Below are positions 33,907 to 44,072 of a stretch of 64,000 nucleotides of DNA, one piece after another; the first letter of the stretch is position 1, and the number at the start of each line of letters is the position of its first letter. The stretch spans positions 1-64,000 of the forward strand of contig NZ_PHFJ01000005.1 of NCBI RefSeq assembly GCF_003144535.1, given 5' to 3'. This DNA comes from Proteus penneri. Its GTDB lineage: Bacteria > Pseudomonadota > Gammaproteobacteria > Enterobacterales > Enterobacteriaceae. A program made the translations under genes and the position numbers. The notes beneath the pieces were generated by a model. The model did no database searches, had not been told where the DNA came from, and saw nothing but the letters and a program-made list of their open reading frames with translations.

Positions 33907-33948
33907 ATTGCCTTTTAAATAAGAGTGAGCGTTATCCTGTTTAATACA

Positions 33949-34000
33949 TTTTAGATAAAAAAATGCCGAGAACAGTTTTCTCGGCATCTTATCATTTCAA
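33949..34000. repeat. 52-bp direct repeat, copy 1, containing a terminator-like hairpin; left boundary of the inserted cassette
   Basis: ttttagataaaaaaATGCCGAGAacagtttTCTCGGCATcttatcatttcaa. Copy 2 is at 35877-35928, with 3 mismatches of which 2 are in the loop. On the minus strand the hairpin is followed by TTTTTTT. Confidence 0.75.
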
Positions 34001-34146
34001 GCTCAAGATCTTAAAAATAACTTTTTTGAAAGAATAATGACATTTTAAATTGAACTATAAATTTGTTATTTACAAATATACTCCTCGCTATAAATCCACT
34101 TTTCAACATCATATAAATACGTCATTTTTATCAAAGGATTAATAAA

Positions 34147-35421
34147 ATGGGTGAAAATATAATTCAATTTAGTTCATTAACTGTAACGCCACATAGTGCT
34201 TATATTCCTGAGTATGCTTTTAATAATGGTTTTTCTTTTAATCAAGCTACAAATATTATTTGTAATAATTTTATGCAGGATAAAAACCAAGAATGCCCTG
34301 TTTGCGGAAAGAAAAATTGTCCAGCGTTTAAAAATGAATGTAAATCTTACTTAAAACAGAAAACCGAGTTAGCATTAAAAAAAGCATTAATAATGCGACC
34401 TTATGGCCGTGCTTTAATGCATAGATCAAACGAGTTTAATAAAAGCTCTCCATTACTATTATTAAATATGGAAGAAAATAACATTCCATTAAATAATGAA
34501 AATATAGGTCGTATATTTGAAGCAGATCTGAATCTAAGTAGAATGTTTTACCAAAAAATGAACTATATAAATGGTTTTCTCTTTGATATTCATTTTAGTC
34601 CTCATCCAGATCCTATGTTACAAAATATAGGTGAAAAATTTGGGGAATATTCCCGCTGGTTACCCTCAGTTCGATTAGCCTTACATGCCTTATATGCGGA
34701 TAAAGGTGCAGACAATATAAATAATTTCCCTGAGATGCAAAAATACATCAGAGAACAAGATTTTAAATCCGCATGCCAAGATTTCCATAATAATATGACG
34801 TTTACATATCGCAATTTCCAAATTGCTGATATTTTAGCTCAACAAGCCAATAAAAAAGAACAAATAGATAATGATTTTAATCAGTTACATGATTCAATAA
34901 AGTTTACGGCTGATTTTTATAAAGAAGTGTTTAATGCTTATGGTGATAAAGCAAGGAAATTAGCAGAGTCTTTAGCCCAACAAGCCAGAGGAAAAACCAT
35001 CCGTAACGTTGATGATGCGCTAAAAGCTTACGAAAAATACAAAGTGGATATCAATAGAAGAATTAATGCCAAAGATCGTAAAGCTATTGCGACCGCATTG
35101 GAATCGATCAAAATCGATGATATAGCTCAAAAATTAAAAAAATTTAGTAAAGGTATGTTTTTTGTGAGTAAAGCTCTTGACGTCAAAGATCTATGGATAG
35201 AGTTAATTAAAGCAACAGAAACGGATGATTGGCGTCCATTTTTTGTTAAAGCAGAGACTATATTTGCAGGAATGGCGGTCACATCTGTAGCTGGATTTAC
35301 ATTTAGTGTACTTCTAGGAGGTCCTATAGGTATATTAGGATATGGATTGCTCATAGCTAGTATAGGAGCATTGATTAATAATGATTTAATCGAAAAAGCT
35401 AATAATTTAATTGGTATTTAA
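34147..35421 (+). CDS. Chimeric toxin candidate: novel N-terminal region (aa 1-~235, with a C-x2-C-x4-C-x6-C motif) fused to a colicin A/E1-type pore-forming (channel) domain (aa ~235-424)
   Basis: The C-terminus …GKTIRNVDDALKAYEKYKVDINRRINAKDRKAIATALESIKIDD…TDDWRPFFVKAETIFAGMAVTSVAGFTFSVLLGGPIGILGYGLLIASIGALINNDLIEKANNLIGI closely parallels the remembered colicin A end (…[66 protein letters not shown]) and the colicin E1 channel domain, including its hydrophobic helical hairpin. AAGGA lies 9 nt before the ATG. GC content is ~30%, against ~40% in the flanks. Confidence 0.7.
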   Translation: MGENIIQFSSLTVTPHSAYIPEYAFNNGFSFNQATNIICNNFMQDKNQECPVCGKKNCPAFKNECKSYLKQKTELALKKALIMRPYGRALMHRSNEFNKSSPLLLLNMEENNIPLNNENIGRIFEADLNLSRMFYQKMNYINGFLFDIHFSPHPDPMLQNIGEKFGEYSRWLPSVRLALHALYADKGADNINNFPEMQKYIREQDFKSACQDFHNNMTFTYRNFQIADILAQQANKKEQIDNDFNQLHDSIKFTADFYKEVFNAYGDKARKLAESLAQQARGKTIRNVDDALKAYEKYKVDINRRINAKDRKAIATALESIKIDDIAQKLKKFSKGMFFVSKALDVKDLWIELIKATETDDWRPFFVKAETIFAGMAVTSVAGFTFSVLLGGPIGILGYGLLIASIGALINNDLIEKANNLIGI

Positions 35422-35444
35422 TTAATAAATTAAAGGTTATTTAT

Positions 35445-35783
35445 TTAGAGAAAAAACCTTTTCACTGACACAAATAATATAAAAATCATTGTAATTGGTA
35501 TAGATAATAAAAACACTATAAAACTATATAAAGCTAAACCACCAGCTTTACCAGCTGTATCTAAAAATAATCCTCGATTCCAAAATTCTCTGGTAGTAAA
35601 TTGAAGAAAAAAACATTCAATTCCCCATTTAGCTAACGGATATAATACAATACCAGCAATACTAATTAACAATATTAAACTTTCATATTTTAACTCATAT
35701 TCTAAACAAGAGTATAAAAATAAAGCGCCAATAAACCATCCCCAACACATATTCTTAATATAATATTGTTTAGTTATCTTCAT
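35445..35783 (-). CDS. Pore-forming-colicin (E1-type) immunity-like inner-membrane protein
   Basis: 112 aa with three predicted TM helices. It is convergent with and immediately downstream of the toxin gene, the standard arrangement for pore-former immunity genes. The N-terminus MKITKQYYIKNMCWG… resembles the remembered ColE1 Imm start (MSLRYYIKNILFG…), and ColE1 Imm is 113 aa. Confidence 0.62.
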   Translation of the reverse strand: MKITKQYYIKNMCWGWFIGALFLYSCLEYELKYESLILLISIAGIVLYPLAKWGIECFFLQFTTREFWNRGLFLDTAGKAGGLALYSFIVFLLSIPITMIFILFVSVKRFFL

Positions 35784-35876
35784 ATTTATCTGCTAGATCC
35801 CTTTTATTTAAAACCATATTTACTTTAAATAAACCATAGCAATTTAATCACTAACTAAATATACAGTTTTTCTGAT

Positions 35877-35928
35877 TTTTAGATAAAAAAATGCCGAGAA
35901 CAATTGTCTCGGCATCTTATCATTTTAA
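35877..35928. repeat. 52-bp direct repeat, copy 2; rho-independent terminator of relA on the minus strand
   Basis: ttttagataaaaaaATGCCGAGAacaattgTCTCGGCATcttatcattttaa lies 5 nt downstream of the relA stop codon. Confidence 0.75.
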
Positions 35929-35932
35929 TGTT

Positions 35933-38170
35933 TTAGTGAGAAAAGCGTTTCGCCTCTATCACATCAGGCAGTTGATTAAGTTTTGCCAAAATACGACTTA
36001 ATACTTGGAGATTATAAATCTCAATATTCATATCGATTGTCGCAATTTGTTGCTTCACATCACTGCGGCTACTCACACCAAGTACATTCACTTTCTCATT
36101 GGCTAGAATAGTGGTGATATCGCGTAATAACCCACTACGATCATTCGCGACAACACGTACTACCAATGAATAACCGCTGGAATAATTCTCTCCCCATACT
36201 GCATCAACAATACGCTCTGGCGCATGAGAAAGTAATTCAGCAAGTTGTTCACAATCTGCTCGGTGAATCGAAATACCTCGACCTTTAGTAATAAAACCAA
36301 CAATATTATCACCCGGAATAGGCTGGCAACAGCGCGCAATATGATGCATTAAATTACCAACACCCTCAACGACAATACTACTCCCTGAGCCAGTGGTTCT
36401 TGGTGCTGGCGTTTTGCTTTCGAGTGTCCGCAGTGCCTCTTTATCTTCATCTTCTGCAGTGGCTTTATTTAATTTACTTTGAATAAAGTTCACTAATTGA
36501 TTAATTCGGATATCACCGACACCAATCCCAGCTAATACTTCATCAACACTATGCACGTTATAACGTGCAATCAGCAGTTTTTCTGCTTCTTTCATGTTGA
36601 TATCCATATGCGCCAATTCGTTATCTAAAATCTGACGCCCTGCAAGAATATTTTTATCGCGATCTTGCTTACGGAACCAATTGTGAATTTTCGCACGTCC
36701 ACGACTTGTCGTGACATAACCTAAATTAGGATTTAACCAATCACGACTCGGATTAGGATGTTTTTGCGTGATGATTTCAATTTGATCGCCCATCTGTAGC
36801 TGATAGCTAAAGGGCACAATGCGCCCGCCAATTTTCGCTCCAATGCAGCGGTGCCCCACATCACTATGAATATGATACGCAAAATCAAGCGGTGTTGAGC
36901 CAGCAGGTAAATCAACGACATCACCTTTTGGTGTAAAGACATACACTCGATCATCAAAAACCTGACTACGGACTTCATCCAACATTTCGCCAGAATCCGC
37001 CATCTCTTCTTGCCACGCAATCAGTTTACGTAGCCATGCAATACGGTTTTCATAACTTCCTGTACCGCCTTTCGTCGCAGCACCTGTAGCACCTTCTTTA
37101 TATTTCCAGTGCGCAGCCACACCCAACTCTGCATCTTCATGCATTTGGCGAGTACGAATTTGGATTTCAACTGTTTTACCTTCAGGCCCTAATACAACAG
37201 TATGAATAGATTGATAACCATTAGGCTTTGGATTTGCCACATAATCATCAAATTCATCAGGTAAATGGCGGAAATGCGTATGCACAATTCCCAATGCGGC
37301 ATAACAGTCTTGAAGACGTTCAACGACTATACGAACAGCCCTCACATCGAATAATTCATCAAATGCGAGGTTCTTTTTCTTCATTTTACGCCAAATACTG
37401 TAGATATGTTTGGGACGCCCATAGATATCTACATCAACATTCTCTTCTTTCATATAACCACGTACTGTACTGACAAAATTATCAATATACTGTTCGCGAT
37501 CGATACGGCGCTCATGAAGCAAGCTTGCTATTTTTTTGTATTCATCAGGATGAAGATAGCGGAAACAAAAATCTTCTAATTCCCATTTTAATTGACCAAT
37601 ACCCAATCGGTTGGCTAACGGCGCATAAATATTAAAACACTCTTTAGCGGCCAGTACGCGCTCATCTTCTGTGGCATCTTTTACTTCGCGTAAATGGGCT
37701 ATACGCTCTGATAGTTTAATGACTACACAACGGAAATCTTCTACCATAGATAACAACATACGACGTACGTTATCTACCTGAATGGAGCTTGTTTCATTGG
37801 TATGTGTCGCTTTTAATTGGCGTATGGCGTCCATCTCCATAACACCACGCACTAAACTCCAAATAGCATCACCAAAGTGTTCAGTGACAATTTCCTGACC
37901 AATAAGATTTTCTTCAGCAAGAGGGAAAAGAAGCGCTGCCCTCATGCTGTCTTTATCCATGCTGAGTGTCGAAAGAAGCTCAACCATTTCAACACCACGC
38001 CACAATAGCCGTTCAGCATCTTCACGCCCTTGAACAGTACGATGGCAGTATTCCCAGGTTTGCATGATTTCACTACCCGCATTGGTATGAGTTAAGTTCA
38101 AGCTGTTAACCCATTTATCAACAGCAAACTCTCCCGCAGGTGTTAAGTGAGCACTTCTTACTGCAACCAT
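35933..38170 (-). CDS. relA: GTP pyrophosphokinase ((p)ppGpp synthetase I)
   Basis: 745 aa, full-length RelA match. Confidence 0.95.
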   Translation of the reverse strand: MVAVRSAHLTPAGEFAVDKWVNSLNLTHTNAGSEIMQTWEYCHRTVQGREDAERLLWRGVEMVELLSTLSMDKDSMRAALLFPLAEENLIGQEIVTEHFGDAIWSLVRGVMEMDAIRQLKATHTNETSSIQVDNVRRMLLSMVEDFRCVVIKLSERIAHLREVKDATEDERVLAAKECFNIYAPLANRLGIGQLKWELEDFCFRYLHPDEYKKIASLLHERRIDREQYIDNFVSTVRGYMKEENVDVDIYGRPKHIYSIWRKMKKKNLAFDELFDVRAVRIVVERLQDCYAALGIVHTHFRHLPDEFDDYVANPKPNGYQSIHTVVLGPEGKTVEIQIRTRQMHEDAELGVAAHWKYKEGATGAATKGGTGSYENRIAWLRKLIAWQEEMADSGEMLDEVRSQVFDDRVYVFTPKGDVVDLPAGSTPLDFAYHIHSDVGHRCIGAKIGGRIVPFSYQLQMGDQIEIITQKHPNPSRDWLNPNLGYVTTSRGRAKIHNWFRKQDRDKNILAGRQILDNELAHMDINMKEAEKLLIARYNVHSVDEVLAGIGVGDIRINQLVNFIQSKLNKATAEDEDKEALRTLESKTPAPRTTGSGSSIVVEGVGNLMHHIARCCQPIPGDNIVGFITKGRGISIHRADCEQLAELLSHAPERIVDAVWGENYSSGYSLVVRVVANDRSGLLRDITTILANEKVNVLGVSSRSDVKQQIATIDMNIEIYNLQVLSRILAKLNQLPDVIEAKRFSH

Positions 38171-38241
38171 ATTCTCTCCCTACACGGTATAAATCTTATT
38201 TGCGACTTATTTACTGGCTAACTGTTTATTATCGACTCAAA

Positions 38242-39567
38242 TTATTTTCGACTAAACTGTGCCATTGATTCCAAATGACCCGTTTGTGGAAACATATCCA
38301 ACATTTTTAAACCGGTTAGCTGATATCCAGAATCTAATAATATCTTACTATCTCTGGCTAACGTGGTCGGATTACAGGAGACATACACGATTTTTTCTGC
38401 AGATAACTTCACTATGTGTGACATTACCTCCAACGCCCCTGCTCTTGCCGGATCTAACAACACTTTGTTAAACCCTTCTTTCGACCATGACATCGCAGAA
38501 AAATCAGCCGATAAATCTGCATGCCAAAAATGCGCATTACCTAGTTGGTTTAGTTTTGCATTCTTTTTCGCCATTTCAACCAGTGCAGGTACACCTTCTA
38601 TACCCACTACTTCACTGACGCGTTTTGCAATAGGTAAAGTAAAGTTACCCATACCACAAAACAGATCTAATACGCGATCTTCTGGCGATAAATCAAGCCA
38701 TTCAATAGCTTGAGCGACCATCTGAGAATTTATTTCATCATTTACTTGAATAAAATCAGTGGGTGCAAAACGTAAATTTAGACCTTCTATTTGATAGAAG
38801 GGTTCCTGCTCAATTGAAGTTAATCGTGCTATCTCGCTATTACCACCTGCAAGATACATCGTAACTTGATAAGTTTGAGAGAAATCACGCAAACTCTGTT
38901 TATCATGCTCAGACAATGGCGATAAATGACGTAAAATAACTGATGGCCCATTATCAGCAAGCACCATTTCAACATGCCCTAAATCACGTGCTGATGTTAA
39001 TTTGTTAAGGCATGTCCAAAGAGGAGACAATAAATCATTTAATTGAGGTTTTAACACTGGACATTTTTTTATCATCACCAAATCGTTAGAACGCTCTTGG
39101 CGAAAGCCCATCACCAACCCTTTTTCAGATTGATAGCGCAATCCTAATCTTGCTCTACGGCGGTAACCATATTCGGCACCTGCAATAACAGGCTCAGCTG
39201 AAATAATCACACCGGTTTCACGTTTAATAAGGTGCGATAACACACTGGCTTTTGTTGTACGTTGCAGCGCAATAGGGACATGTTGCTGCTGACAACCACC
39301 ACAACGCTCATAATATTCACAATGCGGTTTTATGCGCTGTTCACTGGTCGTTAAACGCTTAATAACTTCGCCTTTAGCAAACTGGCGCTTTTCTTCTGTT
39401 AAACGAATACGAGCAGTTTCTTGTGGGAGTAGTCCTTTTACAAAAATTGTTTTGCCCTCAGCATGAGCAATACCTTGACCATTTGCATCCAATGCACTGG
39501 CGGTCACTTCCAGAATCATCGCCTGTTTTTTCGCAGGACGTTTTTTAGGGGAATAAAACTGCACCAT
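38242..39567 (-). CDS. rlmD: 23S rRNA (uracil1939-C5)-methyltransferase RlmD
   Basis: 441 aa with a TRAM domain, a 4-Cys cluster ([14 protein letters not shown]) and a methyltransferase domain. Confidence 0.85.
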   Translation of the reverse strand: MVQFYSPKKRPAKKQAMILEVTASALDANGQGIAHAEGKTIFVKGLLPQETARIRLTEEKRQFAKGEVIKRLTTSEQRIKPHCEYYERCGGCQQQHVPIALQRTTKASVLSHLIKRETGVIISAEPVIAGAEYGYRRRARLGLRYQSEKGLVMGFRQERSNDLVMIKKCPVLKPQLNDLLSPLWTCLNKLTSARDLGHVEMVLADNGPSVILRHLSPLSEHDKQSLRDFSQTYQVTMYLAGGNSEIARLTSIEQEPFYQIEGLNLRFAPTDFIQVNDEINSQMVAQAIEWLDLSPEDRVLDLFCGMGNFTLPIAKRVSEVVGIEGVPALVEMAKKNAKLNQLGNAHFWHADLSADFSAMSWSKEGFNKVLLDPARAGALEVMSHIVKLSAEKIVYVSCNPTTLARDSKILLDSGYQLTGLKMLDMFPQTGHLESMAQFSRK

Positions 39568-39956
39568 AGTATTAAATTAAGTATCAATGATGGATTAACA
39601 GTGAAATGACATCGTTTTAGAATACGCTGTATGCTTTTCAGCGTGACATGAATGACTATGCATTTCAGAAGAAAACATAAAGAGAGTATAACATCGAACA
39701 AGTTATTTACTTAACTGATATAAGCAATATTTTTGTTAATTTGATAAATATTTTAATGATAACAACCTAAGGCCCTCGATTTATGAATTTTATATTGTTC
39801 TATAACTAACAAATATTATATATAACTCTTATATTGAATATACTTACAATTAATAACATCTATTTTCTGTTATTTTAATAAATTTTTATTATCACTAAGA
39901 AAAGTCTAAAATTTATAATCAATCAATTAGATAGCGTTTTTCTTAATGATTACAAA

Positions 39957-41465
39957 TCAATCACAAACCATTAATTTTCTATATTCTTCATAAGCATAAT
40001 GATCCGTCATTCCACTGATATAATCTTGAATTAATCTTGTGCGATAATAAAACTCTAAAACTTTTCCTTTTTCAGTATTTATATCATTTAGCTTTTCTAA
40101 CATTTCGTTATAAGCCAGTTTATGTTTCACAGAAAGCTTATGATATAAACGCGTCTCAATAACATATTGAGGATGTTCGTTATATTTATGCAATCTTAAA
40201 AAATCTTCTGTTGATAATAAAAGCAAAGGCTTATAGATATCAAGTAATCCACTAATCACGCGATATCCTTTCATTTCAAGTTGTTCAACTTCAGGGTGGC
40301 TAAACACCCATTTTTTAGCCACACTTTTTAATGTTGTTAATAAACGGTGTTCAGCACTTTCCCCTTCCAATAAAGCGTGGTTAAAACTCCCTTCATAAAC
40401 TTGAGGAAGATTTTTTATAAAACGGTACGCAGTATAAGGGACTAATTTTCCTGTAATATAAACCCGTAAATACATAAAAAACTGATCTTGCATACTGCGT
40501 TTGGCTTCGTTTTGATCAACTTTTTTATAAGCCCGATTAACTGTAATATCGAATAAATCGCCTTCAGTTACATCACCACTTTCACGCCAAGCATCTCGTA
40601 AAAGCTGAACAAGACGGTTGATATCAAAAATCCCCTTTTCTACTGCATCATCTAAATCCGCAATACAATAAGAGATGTCGTCAGCAGCTTCCATAATATA
40701 TGTGAGAGGAAAGCGACAAAATTCACCCATATCTAATTTTTGTTGTACTTCTTTTACGAAAGCTAATTCAGACCAGTAATACCCTGGTTTTTTCATTAAA
40801 TAGCTATATTCTTTGGGGATCTCTCCTTGCCAATAAGCAGGACGAGTATATTTTAATACACATCCAATTTGCGCATAGGTTAAATTCAATTTAAGCAGAT
40901 GATGCGCCATTCGAATAGCTTGAGCATTGCCTTCAAATTGGCATAAATCTTGGCGTAAAGTTTGTCGCAATTCATTTAATTGCACTTTAGCTGAATACTG
41001 CATAGGGATAAATGGGCAACTGTCGAATTCAGCCGTCGCCTCTGGTGATAATACTTTGTGAAACCAATGCTTAATCGCTGCTTCACCAAAATGACCAAAA
41101 GGTGGATTACCAATATCATGCATTAAACACGCCATCTCAATTAAACTTTCAAGGCTATCAATACGCTCATTTAAGCCATACGCTTCAAGCTTATTTTGTT
41201 TTTTTAACTCACCAATAATTTGCTTAGCGATATAACGCCCTATTTGTTGAACTTCTAGAGAATGAGTAAGGCGACTGCGTACTGCGGAATTTGTCTCTAA
41301 AGGAAAGACTTGTGTTTTTTGTTGTAAACGACGAATAGCAGCTGAGTTAATAATACGTCCTCGATCACTTTCAAATTGTCGAGAAACCTGTGTTTCATCA
41401 TTAATATCGATGTCACTGCTGTTATATTTGCGTTGATAATTTAACTTCAGCTTAAAATCGATCAT
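39957..41465 (-). CDS. dgt: dGTP triphosphohydrolase
   Basis: 502 aa with HD-domain motifs (…[13 protein letters not shown]…[10 protein letters not shown]…). Confidence 0.9.
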   Translation of the reverse strand: MIDFKLKLNYQRKYNSSDIDINDETQVSRQFESDRGRIINSAAIRRLQQKTQVFPLETNSAVRSRLTHSLEVQQIGRYIAKQIIGELKKQNKLEAYGLNERIDSLESLIEMACLMHDIGNPPFGHFGEAAIKHWFHKVLSPEATAEFDSCPFIPMQYSAKVQLNELRQTLRQDLCQFEGNAQAIRMAHHLLKLNLTYAQIGCVLKYTRPAYWQGEIPKEYSYLMKKPGYYWSELAFVKEVQQKLDMGEFCRFPLTYIMEAADDISYCIADLDDAVEKGIFDINRLVQLLRDAWRESGDVTEGDLFDITVNRAYKKVDQNEAKRSMQDQFFMYLRVYITGKLVPYTAYRFIKNLPQVYEGSFNHALLEGESAEHRLLTTLKSVAKKWVFSHPEVEQLEMKGYRVISGLLDIYKPLLLLSTEDFLRLHKYNEHPQYVIETRLYHKLSVKHKLAYNEMLEKLNDINTEKGKVLEFYYRTRLIQDYISGMTDHYAYEEYRKLMVCD

Positions 41466-41591
41466 TCCTATCCTCTTTCTGGCTTAAATAAAACGAATTC
41501 TCTATCCTTTGTGTTATATCGTGTTTTTCCGATAGATGTTAAACTCTATTTAAATTTTATTTATTCTTAACCTACAAGTGAGTATGACACA

Positions 41592-42287
41592 ATGAGAGTT
41601 GGCGTAATAGGTGCAATGGAGCAAGAGGTCACACTTCTGCGTGATAAAATTGAAGATTGCCAAATCTTATCCCGTGGCGGTTGTGAAATCTATACAGGCA
41701 AAATTAATGGTGTTGATGTTGCATTACTAAAATCAGGTATTGGTAAAGTTGCCGCTGCGATCGGTACAACATTATTACTTGAGCATTTTCGTCCTGATGT
41801 CGTTATCAATACTGGCTCTGCGGGTGGCTTAGACTCAAGATTAAATGTTGGTGATATCGTTGTTTCAACGGAAGTCCGCTATCACGATGCAGATGTAACT
41901 GCGTTTGGTTATGAACCAGGTCAAATGGCACAATGCCCCCCCGCTTTTATTGCAGATCCTAAACTTATTAGCGTCGCAGAAGCGTGTATTGAATCACTAA
42001 AATTAAATGCTGTTCGTGGTTTAATTTGTAGTGGTGATGCTTTTATTAATGGTGCAGAACCTTTAGCTCGTATCCGTCGCACATTCCCAGATGTTGTTGC
42101 CGTAGAAATGGAATCAACCGCAATTGGTCATGTTTGCCATCAGTTCGGTACACCATTTGTTGTAGTTCGAGCTATTTCTGATGTGGCTGATAAAGAGTCA
42201 CACTTAAGTTTTGATGAATTTTTATCTGTCGCCGCAGAACAATCAAGCTTAATGGTGACAGCGATATTGGATAAATTAAAAGACTAA
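41592..42287 (+). CDS. mtnN: 5'-methylthioadenosine/S-adenosylhomocysteine nucleosidase
   Basis: [56 protein letters not shown]… matches E. coli Pfs/MtnN. Confidence 0.92.
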   Translation: MRVGVIGAMEQEVTLLRDKIEDCQILSRGGCEIYTGKINGVDVALLKSGIGKVAAAIGTTLLLEHFRPDVVINTGSAGGLDSRLNVGDIVVSTEVRYHDADVTAFGYEPGQMAQCPPAFIADPKLISVAEACIESLKLNAVRGLICSGDAFINGAEPLARIRRTFPDVVAVEMESTAIGHVCHQFGTPFVVVRAISDVADKESHLSFDEFLSVAAEQSSLMVTAILDKLKD

Positions 42288-42392
42288 TTAAGTCGAGATA
42301 ATCTTAAAACTGCTTTATCAATACCTCACCTTTATTTTTTACTTATTCTAAGATAAAAAATAGGTGGGTATTTTTTTATTATTGGAAAAGTA

Positions 42393-43217
42393 ATGCGTTT
42401 ATTTATCAATCTTGGATTATTACTCTACCCATTATTTTGGCTTAATGTTGCTATTGCTATCACGCCTGCTGATCGTGTTATTACGCTATCGCCATCAGCC
42501 ACTGAAATGGCTTATGCCGCGGGCATGGGAGATAATATTGTCGGAGTTAGTGCTTACTCAGATTATCCGGAGGAGGCTAAAAATATTGAACAAGTGGCTA
42601 ATTGGCAGGGGATTAATATTGAACGCATTCTATTATTAAAACCCGATTTAGTGATTGCATGGCAAGGCGGTAATCCACAACGTCCATTAGATCAGTTAAA
42701 AGCTTTGGGTATTCCTATTATTTATTCTGATCCACAAAGTATTGAAGAAATCGCAGACGATCTCGTTACTCTTTCCAATTATAGCCATCATCCTGATATT
42801 GCTTTAAACAATGCCCAACAATTACGCCAGCAATATCAGATATTACAACAACAATACGCATCAAATACATCGGATCACGCCAAGAAAAAAGTATTCATTC
42901 AATTTGGAATGCAACCATTATTTACTACATCAAATAGCACATTACAGAGCCATATTACGGAACTTTGCGGTGGAGAGAATATCTTTGCTAACAGCCCTGT
43001 GGCATGGCCTCAAGTAAGCCGTGAGCAAGTACTTACAAAACACCCTGATTTGATTATATTCAGTGGTAAGGCAGATCAAATACCTACAATAAAAGCATTT
43101 TGGCAACCTCAACTCCCTGTACCTGTTATTGCTATTGATGAAGACAGTTTTAGTCGACCAGCTCCACGTGTTATTAATGCAGCAAAACAAATTTGTGAGG
43201 CTATTGCGAACCATTGA
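42393..43217 (+). CDS. btuF: Vitamin B12 ABC-transporter periplasmic binding protein
   Basis: 274 aa with a signal peptide. Located after mtnN as in E. coli. Sequence includes …[17 protein letters not shown]…. Confidence 0.8.
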   Translation: MRLFINLGLLLYPLFWLNVAIAITPADRVITLSPSATEMAYAAGMGDNIVGVSAYSDYPEEAKNIEQVANWQGINIERILLLKPDLVIAWQGGNPQRPLDQLKALGIPIIYSDPQSIEEIADDLVTLSNYSHHPDIALNNAQQLRQQYQILQQQYASNTSDHAKKKVFIQFGMQPLFTTSNSTLQSHITELCGGENIFANSPVAWPQVSREQVLTKHPDLIIFSGKADQIPTIKAFWQPQLPVPVIAIDEDSFSRPAPRVINAAKQICEAIANH

Positions 43218-43234
43218 TTAGAAGCATAGACGGG

Positions 43235-43307
43235 ATTTTAGATTTTGAATTTTGAATTTTGAATTTTGAATTTTGAATTTTGAATTTTGAATTTTGAATT
43301 TTGACAG
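43235..43307. repeat. Heptanucleotide microsatellite (ATTTTGA)n: 8 perfect copies plus 2 degenerate copies
   Basis: attttag + (attttga)x8 at 43242-43297 + cag + attttgt. It sits in the convergent btuF/erpA 3' intergenic region. Confidence 0.95.
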
Positions 43308-43317
43308 ATTTTGTCTT

Positions 43318-43445
43318 TAACTTTCACAAACAAAAGTCGTGAGCGAGCAAGCAGTGCAACAAGGCAGACAGCGCACAGTAAGCGGAGCATACATTAGTAT
43401 GTGAGCATTTAACGTCGTGGCACTACTGCACAGCCACGACGCTAA
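43318..43445. repeat. Possible decayed ERIC/IRU-like extragenic repeat; its terminal hairpin could act as the erpA terminator
   Basis: It contains GTGAGCGAGCAAGCAG…CAGCGCACAG, which is reminiscent of the central region of enterobacterial ERIC elements. It also contains internal inverted repeats (catac-atta-gtatg, and cgtcgtggc-N11-gccacgacg). Confidence 0.25.
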
Positions 43446-43452
43446 ATAAGGA

Positions 43453-43797
43453 TCAGATACTAAAAGAAGAGCCGCAACCACACGTACTCTTAGCATTAGG
43501 ATTCGTCACAATAAAACGCGACCCCTCCAATCCTTCGGTATAATCCACACAACCGCCTACTAAATACTGCAAGCTCATTGGATCAACCACTAAAGCAACG
43601 CCTTGTTTTTCTATGGTCATATCACCTTCATTCATTGCATCATCAAAGGTAAAACCATACTGGAATCCGCTACAACCGCCACCCGTGATATAAACACGTA
43701 AACGCAGATTTGGATTTTCTTCATCTGCAATCAGATCTTTTACTTTATTTGCAGCCGCGTCAGTAAATTGTAACGGCAGAGCCATATCATCACTCAT
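43453..43797 (-). CDS. erpA: Iron-sulfur cluster insertion protein ErpA
   Basis: 114 aa, ending in the A-type carrier signature C…CGCG (…[10 protein letters not shown]). Confidence 0.92.
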   Translation of the reverse strand: MSDDMALPLQFTDAAANKVKDLIADEENPNLRLRVYITGGGCSGFQYGFTFDDAMNEGDMTIEKQGVALVVDPMSLQYLVGGCVDYTEGLEGSRFIVTNPNAKSTCGCGSSFSI

Positions 43798-44072
43798 TGT
43801 TCACTCCAGACTGGGTATTCCAGCAAAAAAAACAGCCAGCAAAAATTTATCTTTCTTGCTGATATAATGTGATGATTATCTAATACCTGCTCATAACCTT
43901 CAAGTTTGTTGTGGACAAAATACACTTTTTGCTACCTATCACTTTTTACGATAAACCACGTACCCACAATAATAGTGAGAAATCAAAATCTTGTTGCCGT
44001 AATTTGGCTTCATCAGCGTGGTGATTTAGAATACGCCTTAATCTTACGCTCACCCATCATTAGGAGTCTGAC

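Noticed and set aside
34001-34146. SOS (LexA) box upstream of the colicin-like gene
   Set aside because: No CTG-N10-CAG palindrome is present. Only weak sigma-70-like hexamers (TTTACA … TAAATC). The cassette is therefore probably not under classical colicin SOS control.
35445-35783. Possibility that the 112-aa gene is mazF, given its position and size
   Set aside because: The protein is a highly hydrophobic three-TM protein, unlike the soluble MazF/PemK fold. No mazE-like partner is present.
35784-35932. Colicin lysis (kil/cel) lipoprotein gene after the immunity gene
   Set aside because: The only small plus-strand ORF there (37 codons) has no signal peptide or lipobox, and it overlaps the relA terminator repeat.
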